From the NCBI GenBank assembly GCA_951406725.2, contig OX597817.1, positions 41,540,001-41,604,000 of the forward strand: 64,000 nt of DNA, in the 5' to 3' direction. Made by a program: the position numbers and the translations under genes. This DNA comes from Octopus vulgaris (lineage: Eukaryota). The notes beneath the pieces are model-generated. The model did no database searches. It had not been told where the DNA came from and saw only the letters and a list, made by a program, of their open reading frames with translations. This document shows positions 24,090 to 37,677 of this stretch, one piece after another (the stretch's first letter is position 1; every line of letters begins with the position of its first letter).

Positions 24090-24500
24090 CATCTAGATCG
24101 TCAGTTAGTCAATATGCATAGCCAGTCAATCAAGTATGTCATAACCAATGACTGACATAGCAGTAGCAACTACTACAAGAGCAAAGGGGATGCTCTAGAA
24201 AGACATTCTAAATTCTTGGGCCAGGTTATAAAGTGTAGTGAAAGAACTGCAATGCTATTTATCAAGAACAGACTTAATGGAAATGAGATGTACTTCTGCA
24301 ATTTCCTAGTGAAACAACTACATTAGAGGTATTTAACTAAGGGTTAGTCATTATACCTAACATTTATCAACCTGATCAAGTTGGGTTTCATGTTCAGTAG
24401 TATGGTGGTCACTCAAAAAACTAATATTAGTTGAATAGCATGAGAGGTGTGCAAACCATGGCCAGAGAAACTGTTAGCAAGGCAGGAGTTCAGAAAGGAA
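24090..24500 (+). pseudogene. Decayed RTE reverse transcriptase fragment
   Basis: NYYKSKGDALER...KFLGQVIKCSER...NEMYF and VWWSLKKL...VQTM.RETVSK, matching RTE RT motifs. Confidence 0.6.
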
Positions 24501-24503
24501 CTG

Positions 24504-24697
24504 GCAGAGTTTCTACAGCTGAATGCCCTTCCTAACATCAACCACTTCGAGAGTGTAGTGGGTGCTTTAATGAGTCACCAGCACGAGGGCCAGTCTGGTG
24601 GTACTGGCAACGGCCATGCTCGAAAATGGTGTTTTTTACATGCCACCTGCACAGGAGTCAGTCCAGTAGCACTGGCAATGACCTCGCTTGAATGTTT
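24504..24697 (-). mobile_element. RTE-tail repeat (family C)
   Basis: TTTCTACAGCTGAATGCCCTTCCTAAC...GAGAGTGTAGTGGGTGCTTT. Confidence 0.8.
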
Positions 24698-24924
24698 TAA
24701 TAATTCTAATTCTAATAGCAGAATTATGTTTGAACTATTTCATTTCTTATTTTATTTTTCAGTAGCAATTATTACAAAATTCCAATGAAACATGATTCTG
24801 CTATTGGATCATTATCATCATCATCATTATTATTATTGATATTGTCCTCAATGTCCTGGGTCTGAGTGGCCAATAAAAGAAATCAATTCTTCTTATTCCT
24901 CTTCTATTATGATTATTATCATTA

Positions 24925-25195
24925 TAGGAGGTGAGCTGGCAAACTTGAACATTGGGGGGAAAAAGTTACAAAGCCCCCACCCACCCCATCTCACCATGAT
25001 TTTATGTTTAGAGTTCAAATCTCACTAAAGTTCAACATTGCCTTTCATCCTTTTGGAGGGTTGATAAAAAACAAAACACCAAGTCAGGCACTAGAGTCAA
25101 TATTAATGACTAATGCGCTCTCTCTCTCAAAAATTGCTGGCTCTGTGCTCAATTCAAAATCATTATTATTATTATTACTATTACAACTACTACTA
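24925..25195 (+). mobile_element. SINE family B, degenerate, (ATT)n tail
   Basis: GGTGAGCTGGCA...GAGTTCAAAT...GCCTTTCATCCTTT. Confidence 0.65.
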
Positions 25196-25533
25196 TGAAA
25201 TAAATTGAAATCGATTCTACTTCTTAGAGCTAAATGCTTGGATGAATCAAAAAGATGCCATCCTTTAATGACAACAGTGGGTGCATAAATGTGCCCAGCA
25301 CAGTCAAACTTGAAGGTGATAAGCCAGATAAAGGACATGAATACCTGAGTGTATACCTCACTCACTACATAGTTCTCTTTAGACAGTTTAAACTGCAACC
25401 AAAGCTAAGGGAAAGGGATTTTAAAAAAACAGAAGGGGGACATATGCATTCAAATATCAAACAGTAGTAGTAGTAGTAGTAGTAGTTTTAAATATTGTGC
25501 AAAATGTTCGCTTTAGTAAAAGGCTTTAAACAC

Positions 25534-25958
25534 AGGTGCAGGAGTGGTTGTGCGGTAAGTAGCTTGCTTAGCAACCACATGGTTCTGGGTTCAGTCCCAC
25601 TGCGTGGCACCTTAGGCAAGTGTCTTCTATTATAGCCTCAGGCCGACCAAAGCCTTGTGAGGGTATTTGGTAGATGGAAACTGAAAAAAACCCATCATAT
25701 GTGTCTGTCTGTATGTATATGTGTATGTGTATATATATATATATATACATGTATTTGTGTTTGTGTGTTTGTCCCCCCAACATTCCTTGACAACTGATGC
25801 TGGTGACCCCGTAACTTAGAGGTTTGGCAAAAGCAACCGATAGAATAAGTACTAAGCTTACAAAGAATAAATCCTGCAGTTGATTTGCTTGACTAAAGGC
25901 GGTGCTCCAGCATGGCTGCAGTCAAATGACTGAAACAAGTAAAAGAATAAAAAAGAAT
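25534..25958 (+). mobile_element. SINE family A
   Basis: Full-length copy. Confidence 0.92.
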
Positions 25959-26316
25959 ACATGCCCAAGAGACAATACAGTCAATAAAATCAAACTGAAA
26001 TCAAACTAAATATTCCTGCTTGTACATTCAGAAAGACTCAGAATCATATTAGCCAATGACTAATAATGCTACTATCTATCCATCCCCATATAATTATCTT
26101 ATAGTTAGCTTTTTCGAAGCTGTCTGCCTTAATAATGTCAAACACTACAAGTGTAAGTTTTTCATGCAGATAACACCTAAAACTAATTTATTCTCTGAAT
26201 ACTTCTACTTTTCTATACCTACAAGTAGAAATTATTGTACATTAACCTGGTGAATCTCTTGTCACTATTTTGACAAGTGCAGTGAAATATATACTTCATT
26301 GAACAGGTACAATAAT

Positions 26317-26535
26317 AAAGGCGGTGAGCTGGTAGAAACGTTAGCATGCCAGGCGAAATGCGTAGCCATATTTTGCCTGCCGCTACGTTCTGAGTTCAAA
26401 TTCCGCCGAGGTCAACTTTGGCTAACATCCTTTCGGAGTCGATTGAATAAGTACCAGTTACGCACTGGGGTCATTGTAATCGACTGTCCTTGTTTGTCCC
26501 CTCTATGTTTAGCCCCTTGTGGGTTATAAAGAAAT
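26317..26535 (+). mobile_element. SINE family B with 12-bp TSD
   Basis: AGGTACAATAAT at 26305-26316 and 26536-26547. Confidence 0.92.
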
Positions 26536-26660
26536 AGGTACAATAATGCTAGAATATATTCAGAGTTGTCTCCCATACTTGTCCAACGGTTTAGAATTAA
26601 TATTAGCCAATAATTAATGTTTTCTAATTAGCTTTTTATGGCTCTCTGCATTAAGAAAGG

Positions 26661-26847
26661 TTTCTAATTTTGGCACAAGGCTAGCAATTTTGAGGGGAGG
26701 TGGTCAGTAGATATCACTGACCCCAATACTTGGCCGGTACTTTATTTTATGTACTTTAAAAGGATGAACTCAGAATGTAACAAACTGGAAGAAATGCAGC
26801 TATGCAATTCATTCAAAAGGCTAATGATTCCACCAATTGGTTGCCCT
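26661..26847 (-). mobile_element. SINE family B, degenerate
   Basis: TTTTGGCACAAGG...GGTACTTTATTTTAT...GAACTCAGAATGTA. Confidence 0.65.
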
Positions 26848-28427
26848 TTTCACTAGTGTAGCTATGAACCATGTAAGCTGTACCTGCACATATAGATATG
26901 AGTGAAAAAAAGAAGAAAAATTTTAACAAACTGGAACCTTTAGGGAATGGTTTGTTTAAAAGGGTGAATGGCAAATGAGAAGAACTAAAAGACTAAAAGA
27001 GAAATAAATATGAAGAATGAAAAGAAATAATGGTGGAAACAGATAAAAACAAAATTGATCAGAGAAGCTGAGAAAGAAGAAAAAGAGAATTGGGAGAAGA
27101 AAAGAGAAGTTGATCATAATGTCTTTTAAAAAATGGTAAATGTGATGAATTAGAAAACCAAGTTTAAAATAGGTGTAAATTATATGTGCGGATATTGAAT
27201 ATTTCTTTCACTAGAATATTTCTTTTTATAGTCATAATCACACGCTGACTATAATAAAAGTAGAAACTTTAACTGTATAAAGTGAGAATATAATCTAATT
27301 GTAAAGTGGCTGCCAAAAGTAGATTGACAGAAATCTTATAAAATATTTTTCATTCTCCAGTTTTGATAATGTATAAAACAGATTGGCAGTATTCGTTGCT
27401 GCAGTAAGCAAAAATTCCCAAGATATTGTTCTTTCTTATCTTTAATAATTCAGGATTATATTTGCTTTCAAGAAATGCCTTTGCTGTAATAAATCAATAT
27501 CTGATCCTAAAAAGGTAAAAAGGAAAAAAAAAAAATCCATCGTTGTTACTTATGTTGATTTTTTTATAACATTTTAGCTAATTATTTTATCCACAATCCT
27601 AGTAACAAGATTTGATAAAAGCATCACCTCATGAAATCTTAAAGTACCTGAAAATGATCTGCTTTCACGCTAATACAGATTTTGCATTCCATTAATCTTT
27701 TGGTAAAGCTACACACACACACATCTTTTAAGGAGAGTTATTTTTGTATCTATCAACCGTATCAAAAATATATTCATTTAACTATTACATAAATCACAAA
27801 GGTATATTTCTTCAACTCCACTTTATGTTCACACCTGAAATCAAACTCCAAAGAAATCAACTAAATTATCTCATACTACTTTAGAACTTGACTCAATCAC
27901 TCTTATCCTTACCTCAAAGACAAAAAATTCCTTTAACTAGCTACAACACCTGTTCATCCTTTCAGTTTTATCATCAGGTGATTTCGTTAAAAATTACGAT
28001 AATTTTCAGAGCAAAACTAGTAAAGAAACTCTTTGAAAATTTAGATAACATCTACACTTTTTCTGAGGAACTTTTCTTTGGTAAATTTATCAAGTGCAAT
28101 GCAAGAAAATCCAATATAGGAAAAAAGCTATCTGCAATGAGCTCCTTTTCAATCAGCATGCATTATCCATTTAAATTACATGCACATACCTTTGCAATTC
28201 TTTCTCTCATGCACACATCTGCCAATATCTGATATTGCTTTTTCAGCTTATTAATACTCAGTCATTCATGCAAGGTAGCATTAATGTCTGATTATGCACA
28301 GCATGATCCTCTTTCGTTACTACAGAACTTCTGCATTACCACTTCAATGCAACAATTCCTAAACATGCTTTATTCAAATAGTCCTTTGTTTGGATAAAGA
28401 ATCTCTCAGCCCCCCCCCCCCCATATC

Positions 28428-28732
28428 GTAGGCATGTGTCTTCTGTTATAGCCTCAGGCTGGCCAAAGCATTGTGAGTGGATTTGAGAGACAGAAAAGGA
28501 AGGAAGTGTGTGTGTATTGCATCCTTGAGAAAATTGTAAATGAATGTCACAAGCAGTGTTCCTTGTTACTCGTCTTCGGTAAAAACATTCCAGTCATGTT
28601 TGGAACCAGGTGAGGGTTGGTGACAGGAAAGGCATCCGGTTGTAGAAAATCTAATGTCAATGAATTCTGCCTACTCATGCAAGCACGGAAGAGTGATATT
28701 AAACCAATGGAAATGATGATGAAGATGATGAT
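28428..28732 (+). mobile_element. Chimeric SINE: family A core, family F body, RTE-like (GAT)n tail
   Basis: GTGTCTTCTGTTATAGCC...TTGTGAGTGGATTTG followed by GAGGGTTGGTGACAGGAAAGGCATCCGGTTGTAGAAAATCT and (GAT)n. Confidence 0.6.
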
Positions 28733-28943
28733 ATACAAAATTTCATATAAAGATACTTTAAAAATGACAGTGTTTATAAATGATGAGACCAATTCTGAAT
28801 AATAGATGCCTGTTGAGCTTCAATGACTCAACTAGAATGCCTGAAAGACCAGACTGGATATTTACAAAATTAAGTAAAAAAAAAATAAGAAGAATAAGAT
28901 GAAGAAGAAAGGGAAGAAGAGGAAGAGAAGGAAGAAGAACATA

Positions 28944-29162
28944 GGTTGTCAAACGATAAAGGGGGGGGGGGGACAAACACAGACACACAAACATATGCAT
29001 ATATATATATATATATATATATATGACGGGCTTCTTTCAGTTTCTGTCTACCAAATCCACTCTTAAGGCTTTGGTTGGCCCCAGACTATAGTAGAAGACA
29101 CTGAACCCAGAACCATGTGATTGGTAAGCAAGCTACTTACCACACTGACACTCTTGCACCTA
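28944..29162 (-). mobile_element. SINE family A, partial
   Basis: GACGGGCTTCTTTCAGTTTCTGTCTACCAAATCCACTC... Confidence 0.85.
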
Positions 29163-30412
29163 TGTATTATCTGTATTTTCCAAAAAAAGTTTTGTTTCCT
29201 AATCTCATTGGAGTTATTTCCCTTGCTTGTTTATGTATTTTAAACCCCTTTAAGAACTACTATCTACTATTTACATGAATAATTTCAGCCAACTGAAGTT
29301 TATTTCACATACGAGGCAGTGGTGTTGTTTTTGTATGTCAGTCACACCTGTAGCCTTATATATATAACAAAACCTGTTATATATGGAGGAATGGTCTGAA
29401 AGAGATAAGACCTTAAACCGTGTTGTCTGTCCTTCCTGACTCTTTAAGACGACCATGTTAGGAGCTTTACCAATATTGGCTTAAAATCCACAGTTGCAGT
29501 AGGACCACTTAAGAGCAGAATCAAAACCCACTGAGACTCCTGCTTTCCATGCAGCCCTACTCTCTGATCCTTTCTGGTTCAGAGTACACAGCACAAGGTG
29601 ACAGTGAGTATCTTGAACAAGAATACCCCAAGCGAACCATTCTAAATTACTAATGTTAGAAGAATATACACAATAGGATCAATGAGGAATTTTACTGGTG
29701 AGTATTTCTTAGCCCTCTGCTGTTAATTTTTATCCGAAAAATGTAATAAAACATCAGTTATCAAATTTGTCAAAGAATTGTAGATGTTCAAAAACCCAGG
29801 AAAATTTAATGAAGAAAAATATCTATTAGTAGCTAGAACTACCAAAATTTACTAATAACAGTATGTGATGAACGTTGGAAAGAAGTTAGAACTTAATACT
29901 GCATAGCTGATGCAAATATTCTTCAGAAATACAGTAAGATCTCTTGCACAGAAATACAGTAAGATCAGTAAGAACAGCTGCACTGGAATACATTGTAACA
30001 TGTGTAGCCAAGAAGTGAAGGTCACCAAATTGGAAGTGATCAACCAGCTGTGCAAACAGGTTGATATTAATCAGGACTAGAAGAGGGAAAATTATAAATT
30101 TGAGATATTTGGGATCAGAATTAGAGGAATAAATGATGTTTCTGCAAATTGTGTGTCTTTGTGGAAATGAACAGCTTTATTTCCAAACAAAAAATTGATT
30201 GGCTGAAAGCAGGTATTGAAAGTGTCTTTTGTTTTGAAGTTAGAAGAGTGGATGAAAATGCAGTGGGTGTGGCGATATGGGAGGATACATTTGGAATAAA
30301 GTTCAAAACCAAGGGCAGCTCAGAATAGAAAAAAAAAAATGGGTGGAATAACAATGTATGGCTGACTCATTCAACCTATGACATGGAGAAGAAGAAAATA
30401 ATCTGTGGAACC

Positions 30413-30413
<1 letters not shown>

Positions 30414-30447
<34 letters not shown>
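30414..30447. repeat. (GAT)n microsatellite
   Basis: Seen directly. Confidence 0.9.
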
Positions 30448-31658
30448 CGGCAATAATGAAAATTATGATGATAATAATGCTACTGCTGCTGAATAGTGAT
30501 TACTAATTTACTGTTTATCAAACTTTTAAACAAATAATAAAAAAAAGATGGAGGAGAAAAAAAAAAACCAAAAAGCTAAAATCAACAAACTTCAAAGTAA
30601 AATTCAACTTGTCAAGAATGACCTCATCTCTCTAAGCAACCACTGATAATTAGAAGGCAGACATTTGAATGTGTATCAAACAAGAAATCTCATATTTCAG
30701 TTGAAATAAGCAGCCAGCCACCCACAATCAGTTACTAATTACTGTAGTTCAGTACATCTCTAACATTTTACCTATCTCACTCTACAGAATTAAATTTCTA
30801 TCTTCTTTCAATTCTTTCTAAATGTCATTATGAAAGATATTTGAGTTGATAACAGACATTTCAGTGATAATGGCAGAGATAATACACATTCATAGTTGTT
30901 TGTTTCTACATCCATATTAAGTGAGGACATAGAATGTAAACACACAGATAACAAGCTTCCATGCAATCTCCATCTACCATTTTTACACACAAGGCATTAA
31001 TTGATATGATGCTACAATGGAAAACACTTACCCAAGGTGTCATGTAGCGAGACAGACTTGAAGACCACATGCTAAAAAGTGCCATGACATTACACATCCC
31101 ACGAATAATCTGTCTTCCAGCCTTTGAATCCCATCTACATTCACTATCACGGCTCATACTAATGTATCACTGAGAGAGAGAGAGAGAGAGAAAATCCCAT
31201 CCCCTTGTTGTTAGCAGAGGTAATAACTTCTTGTTTTTTTACCCCCTTACACTCATTCTGAGCCACTGAGATTTCAGTAACATTACATCCACCAATGCTG
31301 ACAAGGCCACCAAAGTAACAGAAGCTATAAACTATTTCTATGGTACCTTTGGAGCATTGCAAGGAATTCACATAACCAGTGCTCTGAGTGCTCTCTACTA
31401 CTGTGTATTTATCTCAAGTGACATTTTCATTCACTATCAGCTTGCTTTGATTCATTACACCTCTTGTCATAATATACAGTACACTATGGAATTTCTACTT
31501 ACGCCCATTCACTAATGCCATCAGAATCCAGTCTTCTTTCTTGTTGACTAAAACTTTTCGCCAAGTTTACTCTGAAGAATCTTGATTCTAGGTTTTGTTT
31601 CTATGTCTGGAATTTTTCCGCCCTAAATCTTCCACAGACTCTGTTATAAGATCTAGAT

Positions 31659-32519
31659 CAGGAGTGGGGAAACCCCCACCCACAGGTGCAATTGTGCCCA
31701 CGAACTCATTTTATTGCGCCCGCAGGCTGATATAGTAAATTCTTCGATTATAAAAATTTAGACAATATCCGTATGCCTGTTTGTGATATAGCTCGCATTT
31801 CTACTACAAGTGAAAGCGGTCAGACTTGAACAGGAATCGTCCGGTAATAGTCATTTGAATGGAAATTTTGTTTTCACTATAAAACACATTACTAGGTTTG
31901 TACCAGCTCCATGAGACCTAACTACACTCTAACTGAGAAAACTAAAAATATATTGAATGTATCGAAATAATTTTTAAATGAAATGAAAGCTGAAGGATTG
32001 TAGAAGATACAGTGTAAAACTTATTTATATCATAGGCGTAGGAGTGGCTGTGTGGTAAGTAGCTTGCTTACAAACCACATGGTTCCGGGTTCAGTCCCAC
32101 TGCGTGGCACCTTGGGCAAGTGTCTTTTACTATAGCCTCAGGTCGATCAAAGCCTTGTGAGTGGATTTGGTTGAGGGAAACTGAAAGAAGCCTGTCATAT
32201 ATATGTATGTGTATATATATATATATATATATGTGTATATATGTATGTGTGTGTATATGTTTGAGCGTCTGTGTTTGTCCCCACCAACATCACTTGACAA
32301 TCGATGCTGGTGTGTTTACGTACCCGTAACTTAGCGGTTCAGCAAAATAGGCCGATATAATAAGTACTAGGTTTACAAAGAATATGTCCTGGGGTCGATT
32401 TGCTCAACTAAAGCTGGTGCTCCGGCATGGCCACAGTCAAATGACTGAAACAAGTAAAAGAGTATCCATCGCTGCCCTCGGACCTTTTTCTTTGGAAATT
32501 TTTGCCCACCCCACCCTTG
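31659..32519. mobile_element. hAT (Charlie-like) non-autonomous element with 8-bp TSD
   Basis: Termini CAGGAGTGGGGAA and TTGCCCACCCCACCCTTG; TSD ATCTAGAT (31651-31658) and AACTAGAT (32520-32527), fitting the NTCTAGAN preference. Confidence 0.75.
32033..32464 (+). mobile_element. SINE family A nested in the hAT element
   Basis: Full-length copy. Confidence 0.92.
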
Positions 32520-34386
32520 AACTAGATCATCAGTTTAGAAGAGCTCCCACAAGCAACTAGTCCTATGATAAATAGGAAGTGACTGAGAACTGAGCCCTGG
32601 TGAACACCTATTTGCACTTCAAATTTCTTACTTTCTTGACTGTATCTCTGTACATCGCTTGCACCACTCTCACCTGTTATTCTTCAACTGTTTTCTTAGT
32701 GACCACCAGGCTATAAGATAGTGCTACTGTCGAAGCCTTTAGGAACTTCTCTTATAACCTCACTATGAAGAGAGCATCAGTGGTACTCTGACATGAGACA
32801 AATCTGAATTTCATCTGATCTCAGTTAATTCTCTCTTTAATCAACCGTGCAATTTAGTTTCCTCTCTCAGCTGCCAAAAGACATTTTTTGCTATTCCAGT
32901 AACAAGTGTCTAAATCACCAAGAATTTGCTTAACTTAGTATACAATAATTAAAAAATAATAATTTTTTTAGGTGAGAGCACTACAGAAAAGAAGGAATTT
33001 AATAAGGCTGAATAAAAGAAAATATGAAAGACAAATCAATTTCCTTGCATTCAAATACCATCTATTTGCATCCAACTTGAAAATATCTACCTACATATTC
33101 ATATAATTACAATACGAATTGTGAATATCATTTAACTACACTGTTGTTATGAAGCTGTCTTTATAAAAAGGTGGATGAAGTGCTATAATTTTCTCTACAT
33201 TTAGGAATCAAGCAAACTACTACTTTATAATACAACCAGGAAATGTTAAAGAGCTTCTCATAAATGATAAGAATACTCTATGGGCAAATAGATCCGAGTA
33301 CTTCTCCTTCACAAGATATTGTTTGGTCTAGTTATGTTAATCAAATGTTCAAATTGTGTTAATACACATACTATCAGAACACGGGTATAGTTCAAGATGC
33401 GTTTCAATTCCTCTCAAAGAAAGTATAGAAGCAACTAATTTAGAATTTTGCTTTGAAAGTCAAGATAAACATAATGACCAACACGATCTGATTACAGATA
33501 ATGATAGACTCAGGAAACACATCCTTGAGTCTATTATTACATATAAATAAAACAATACAAAGCCTATTGTGAATTTTAAAAAAAAGACTTCTACCGATTC
33601 CAGAGAAAACACTAACAAGCTTTAATAGCTTAATAGAAGGGGGCAATATATGTCAGAGTCTGATTATCTAAATTATAGTCTCAAGTAACAAGCAGTAGCT
33701 TTTACAAGTTTGGCCAGCACAAAATTGATCATTTTCCAACTAAAATATATTTAATACTGGAGCAAAAGGATTTTCCTCCTTTTTACAGCATAGCAAAATA
33801 TATTTAATCTGAGTCAAGATTGCAAGTAAGAGTGATTGCTTCACTTCAACATGGACTGTTCCTTTTTCTAGGTCATTTCTGTGGCTTTGTTAATTAGAAA
33901 TAGAATAGCCTCTTATTTAACACCCCAAGTTCAACAAACAATCCCTACATAAAGTTCAATGTTTTTAATAACATTGGAATATGTTGTGCATGACTTGGAG
34001 GTTATTCTTGCAAGTAAAGATAAGAATATAAACAAATTCTTTATTCTTACAAATACATGTCACAAGTTGATTTAGCATCAGATTTATTAGATAACATAGA
34101 AAACAGCCAAACAATGTTTTTTTTAAAGAATTATTTCATGATATTATTGTAGACAGGCTATGAGAAACTTTTATTTCAGTGAAACTAAAAATAACCTGAT
34201 TTTCCAGTGAATTCAGAAAATTTGAATTCATATTTTAATAGTTGTTTGTAGATATATGAAATATATACAAATTGAGACAACTATGTAGTAAGTATTAATT
34301 ATCACTAAGTAAGTGTTAATTAAACTTCAGAATAATTATTTTCTTGAAATATTACTCTGAAATAGTTAAAAATTGTAGTATCTTAC

Positions 34387-34417
34387 CTTTGGAGCTTTGC
34401 GCCCACCTGATTCACCG
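34387..34417 (-). CDS. 31-nt internal exon of an unidentified large gene (possible frames GESGGRKAPK or VNQVGAKLQ)
   Basis: Long T/C tract then ttaattgcag|CGGTGAATCAGGTGGGCGCAAAGCTCCAAAG|gtaaga; consensus acceptor and donor around a GC-rich island in very AT-rich, repeat-poor flanks. Confidence 0.6.
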
Positions 34418-35639
34418 CTGCAATTAAAAAGAAAGAAAAAAGTGATAAGTAATTTGTTTTGCAAAGAAAATACAAGTATTAAAACTGAAAAACTAGATAC
34501 TGCATGGAAAAGAAAACTAAACTAATTATTCTTGACAATTACATTTAATATTAAACAAAAATTTTATTAATTATATTTTTGGAACAGTAAAAACATTTAT
34601 TTAAAGATAATTTTGTAAAAGTCAAGCAAGGTAAGATTACAAAAGTGGATTAGGCTGGGTGGGGGATTTTCGTTTATATTTACAATAAATCAACTGTTCT
34701 GAATCTCAGTTTCTGTTCTAAGTTGCAGTGGTTCAATCTAGTAAAGCCTAAAGAAGTGAAGCTACTATGTATCAAATAAGTTCTCGAATGTGTATGGACA
34801 TATCAGAGATCAAAATGAACAAAGTATAGCTGTACTGGTACAGATAAAAATAATTTCCAAACAGCCTTCATATACCTTGTTTTTTCTAAACACTTAACCC
34901 CCTCACTCTCTCTCAGTAAATATAATATTGAATGCTTACTGGCTTTTATGGTCACTGATCTCTTCAATCTACCAGGACAAAATGGCTACCATTAATGAAC
35001 GTAGCAATACATTCCTAGGTAACATGTAACATTTTACGACTGAAAGAAATTTAAACATTAGAAAGCCTAATTGCAAGAGAAATATAAGAATGTAAACACA
35101 TTCTTTGAATGTTTTTGTTGTACTTTCACAGTATTCATTCTCTGCTCTTCATTTTCCTCCTCCTTATGTGGTATCCTGCAGCATCTCCTTGCCCTTCACC
35201 TCTACTTCCTTTTCTCTCACTGCCCTTTCCTCCACACACCTTCTCTGCTTCTTCAACAGCCCTTCTTGTGTTTGCTTTGCTGACTTAACCACACAATTCT
35301 GTACACCTTTCTTTTTTTCAATGGCCCTCTCTTCAGATTCCTCTCTACTCTGGTCTATTCTTTCTTTCCTTTTCCCTTTTCCTCATACAACTTATTATAT
35401 TGGATAATCCCAGAATTTCCTTACTCATCACAATGTTGAATAACCCTTACAACTCCTACCCAATCACCTTTCAAATCTATCCTCCTTTTTTTCTCAATAA
35501 CTCCTGTCACTAATCCCTTTTCTCTCCTCTGTTCCCTGCCATACTCCCCTATTCTTTCCTTTTACTTAAACTCCCTAATCTCTCCACCCAGAATCATCGC
35601 CCACTTTCTATTCTATTCTTTCTTACTTATAGGGGGTCA

Positions 35640-35882
35640 CTTTAGACCCTTAGTTACAAAATGATCCTCGCTATTGCTGGTGCCATATAAAATTTTTTTA
35701 AAAACTACCCAGTACACCCTATAAAATGGCTGACAGTAAAAAGGGCATCCAACCTGAGAAAACAGGCTGAAGTGGAAGTTAGTGCATGGCAGAGATCTCC
35801 AACACAGACCCCAAGATGTTGTCAAACTGTCCATCCGAAGCCAATATGGAAGCTGGACTTCAAATGATCTTGATGATGATGA
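35640..35882 (+). mobile_element. RTE-tail repeat (family C), degenerate
   Basis: AAGGGCATCCAACC...AAACTGTCCA...(GAT)n. Confidence 0.6.
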
Positions 35883-37466
35883 AAAGCATTTCTTTCACAC
35901 AGCATTCTGATATTTAAATTTATTTCAATCCTGATTCACACCATGTTGTGCATAAAATATTTATCATTTAATTATGTGCTTCCTTTAAATTGAAAAACAC
36001 ATTAATCCTTGCCCAGATTAGCCTCAAATTAGCTTTTACAAATGTTACTTTACATTGAAAATTTTAGTTGTTAATTCATTCATAATGATATCATTCACAC
36101 TGGCAAGGACTTCATGGTAAAAAGTATCTGTTTTAAAACTGTTATCTAAAAGAGCATTGAAATCTTGCAATTAAAAAGTAATCCCCAATATCTTTGAAGA
36201 TGAATTTGTTCTTAAAGATAATGAATTAAGCATTTATAAGGCTTCATCATTTGTTCCAGGGGTTTCTACAAATGCATTTCATTTGGACAGAATGGAGAAA
36301 ACAGAAAAGCATGTTTACAATATTTTAAAAAATTTTGCTATGTATATATATATATATATTGTCAAGCACCTATTTGGATGTGTGCAAAGGTGACGCTTCT
36401 GCAATATTAATTAATTAAAAATTCCTTCCATTAATTTCTAACTCAGTGGGGAATATTTGTATGAGAAAAATTCACAAATATATTCATTAAAAAATATTTT
36501 ATACATACATATACACACACATACAGGGAAGAAATAATATCCTAAAAAATGTGGAAGTAAATAACAAATATGGTTATACAATGAGAAATAATTTTATTTT
36601 CTCCAAAGTTAAGTGAAGAGTAATAATTCTAAAATATTAAAAAACATTAAAAACATGTGACTACTCATTTTTTTTTTTAAAATACAGTTGTAAACATGTT
36701 GATTTCATATATTTTGAACTAGCATTTAAATAGAGTAAAAAGAAAATTTAAATAAAATCAATTGCAAAATATATAAGAACGTTATAGAAAAAAAAATTGA
36801 AATATGAAGTTGATTACTTTTTTTTTTTACTAGACAGAAAGGAAATTGGTAAAAACTATTTTTCCCATAAAGAAGAAAAACTGACTTTTAAAACATATAA
36901 AATGTAGTTTCAGTTATTCTGCAGTCGAAGTTATGCACAGACTTAGTAAAGAAAGAGATGTTGTTATATGGAAATCCAGACTCGGTGTTATATTAATATA
37001 TTTTATTATTTCATTTCCTACTGCATTGTTTGAAATGCTTTTGTTGTGCATACATGCATATGCACAAACACACCTCTCTATGAAAATGAAAATAACTTGA
37101 CCTTTGATTAAACATGAAAACTTTCCCTTCGATCTAATTTAGTCTACAATGTTTATTTGATTCTCAGATAAACATCGAAGAAATTTTTTTTTTTTTAAAG
37201 GTTAAATTGATCACACCTTGTGCTGTAATTCCTCTCAATTTTAAAGATTAAGTTATTTCATATTATATAAAAAAAATTTTTAAATCATTTACAAATTTTC
37301 TCATCAGAGAAATTACTGATACATAATAGCACAGCTACCAACTTTCTTTTATTTACTACTTGATGAGATCAATATATTATTAGGAAATCTGCTTAGAGAT
37401 TTAGGAATTTCTGGAACAATATATATTGTTTACCAAATAAGACTATTAGAAGTCTGCTTACTCCCA

Positions 37467-37675
37467 TTAACCATTTTAGTTCGTATATTTCTGTTGAAAA
37501 ACACGTTTCCTTTATCTTAAATCATTCTGAAAATAAAGACTTTAGTAAAATAACTTGTTTTTATTAATCTAGTATTTGGAACTTAACATGAAATTTTGAT
37601 GGGAATTTTTAATTTAAAATCACTAAAACAGGAAAATTGTATCAAAGAATCAAGAGCAATTTTGGATAGATTGGT
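37467..37675 (+). mobile_element. Degenerate relative of the piggyBac-type MITE at 46377-46859
   Basis: Starts TTAACC; internal TTTAGTAAAATAACTT and GATGGGAATTTTTAATTTAAA resemble 46710-46800. Confidence 0.4.
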
Positions 37676-37677
37676 AC

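Larger units (their letters stand above)
30900..32890 (-). pseudogene. Decayed RTE ORF (RT domain) split by a hAT MITE
   Basis: Minus-strand remnants AFDS, RVVQAMYRD, IGVHQGSVLS, WELF*TDDL before the insert; NLESRFFRVNL and EIVYSFCYFGGLVSIGGC after it. Confidence 0.7.

Noticed and set aside
28190-28210. Minus-strand MRERIAK followed by AAG|GTATGT
   Set aside because: Too short to distinguish from chance in AT-rich DNA without transcript data.
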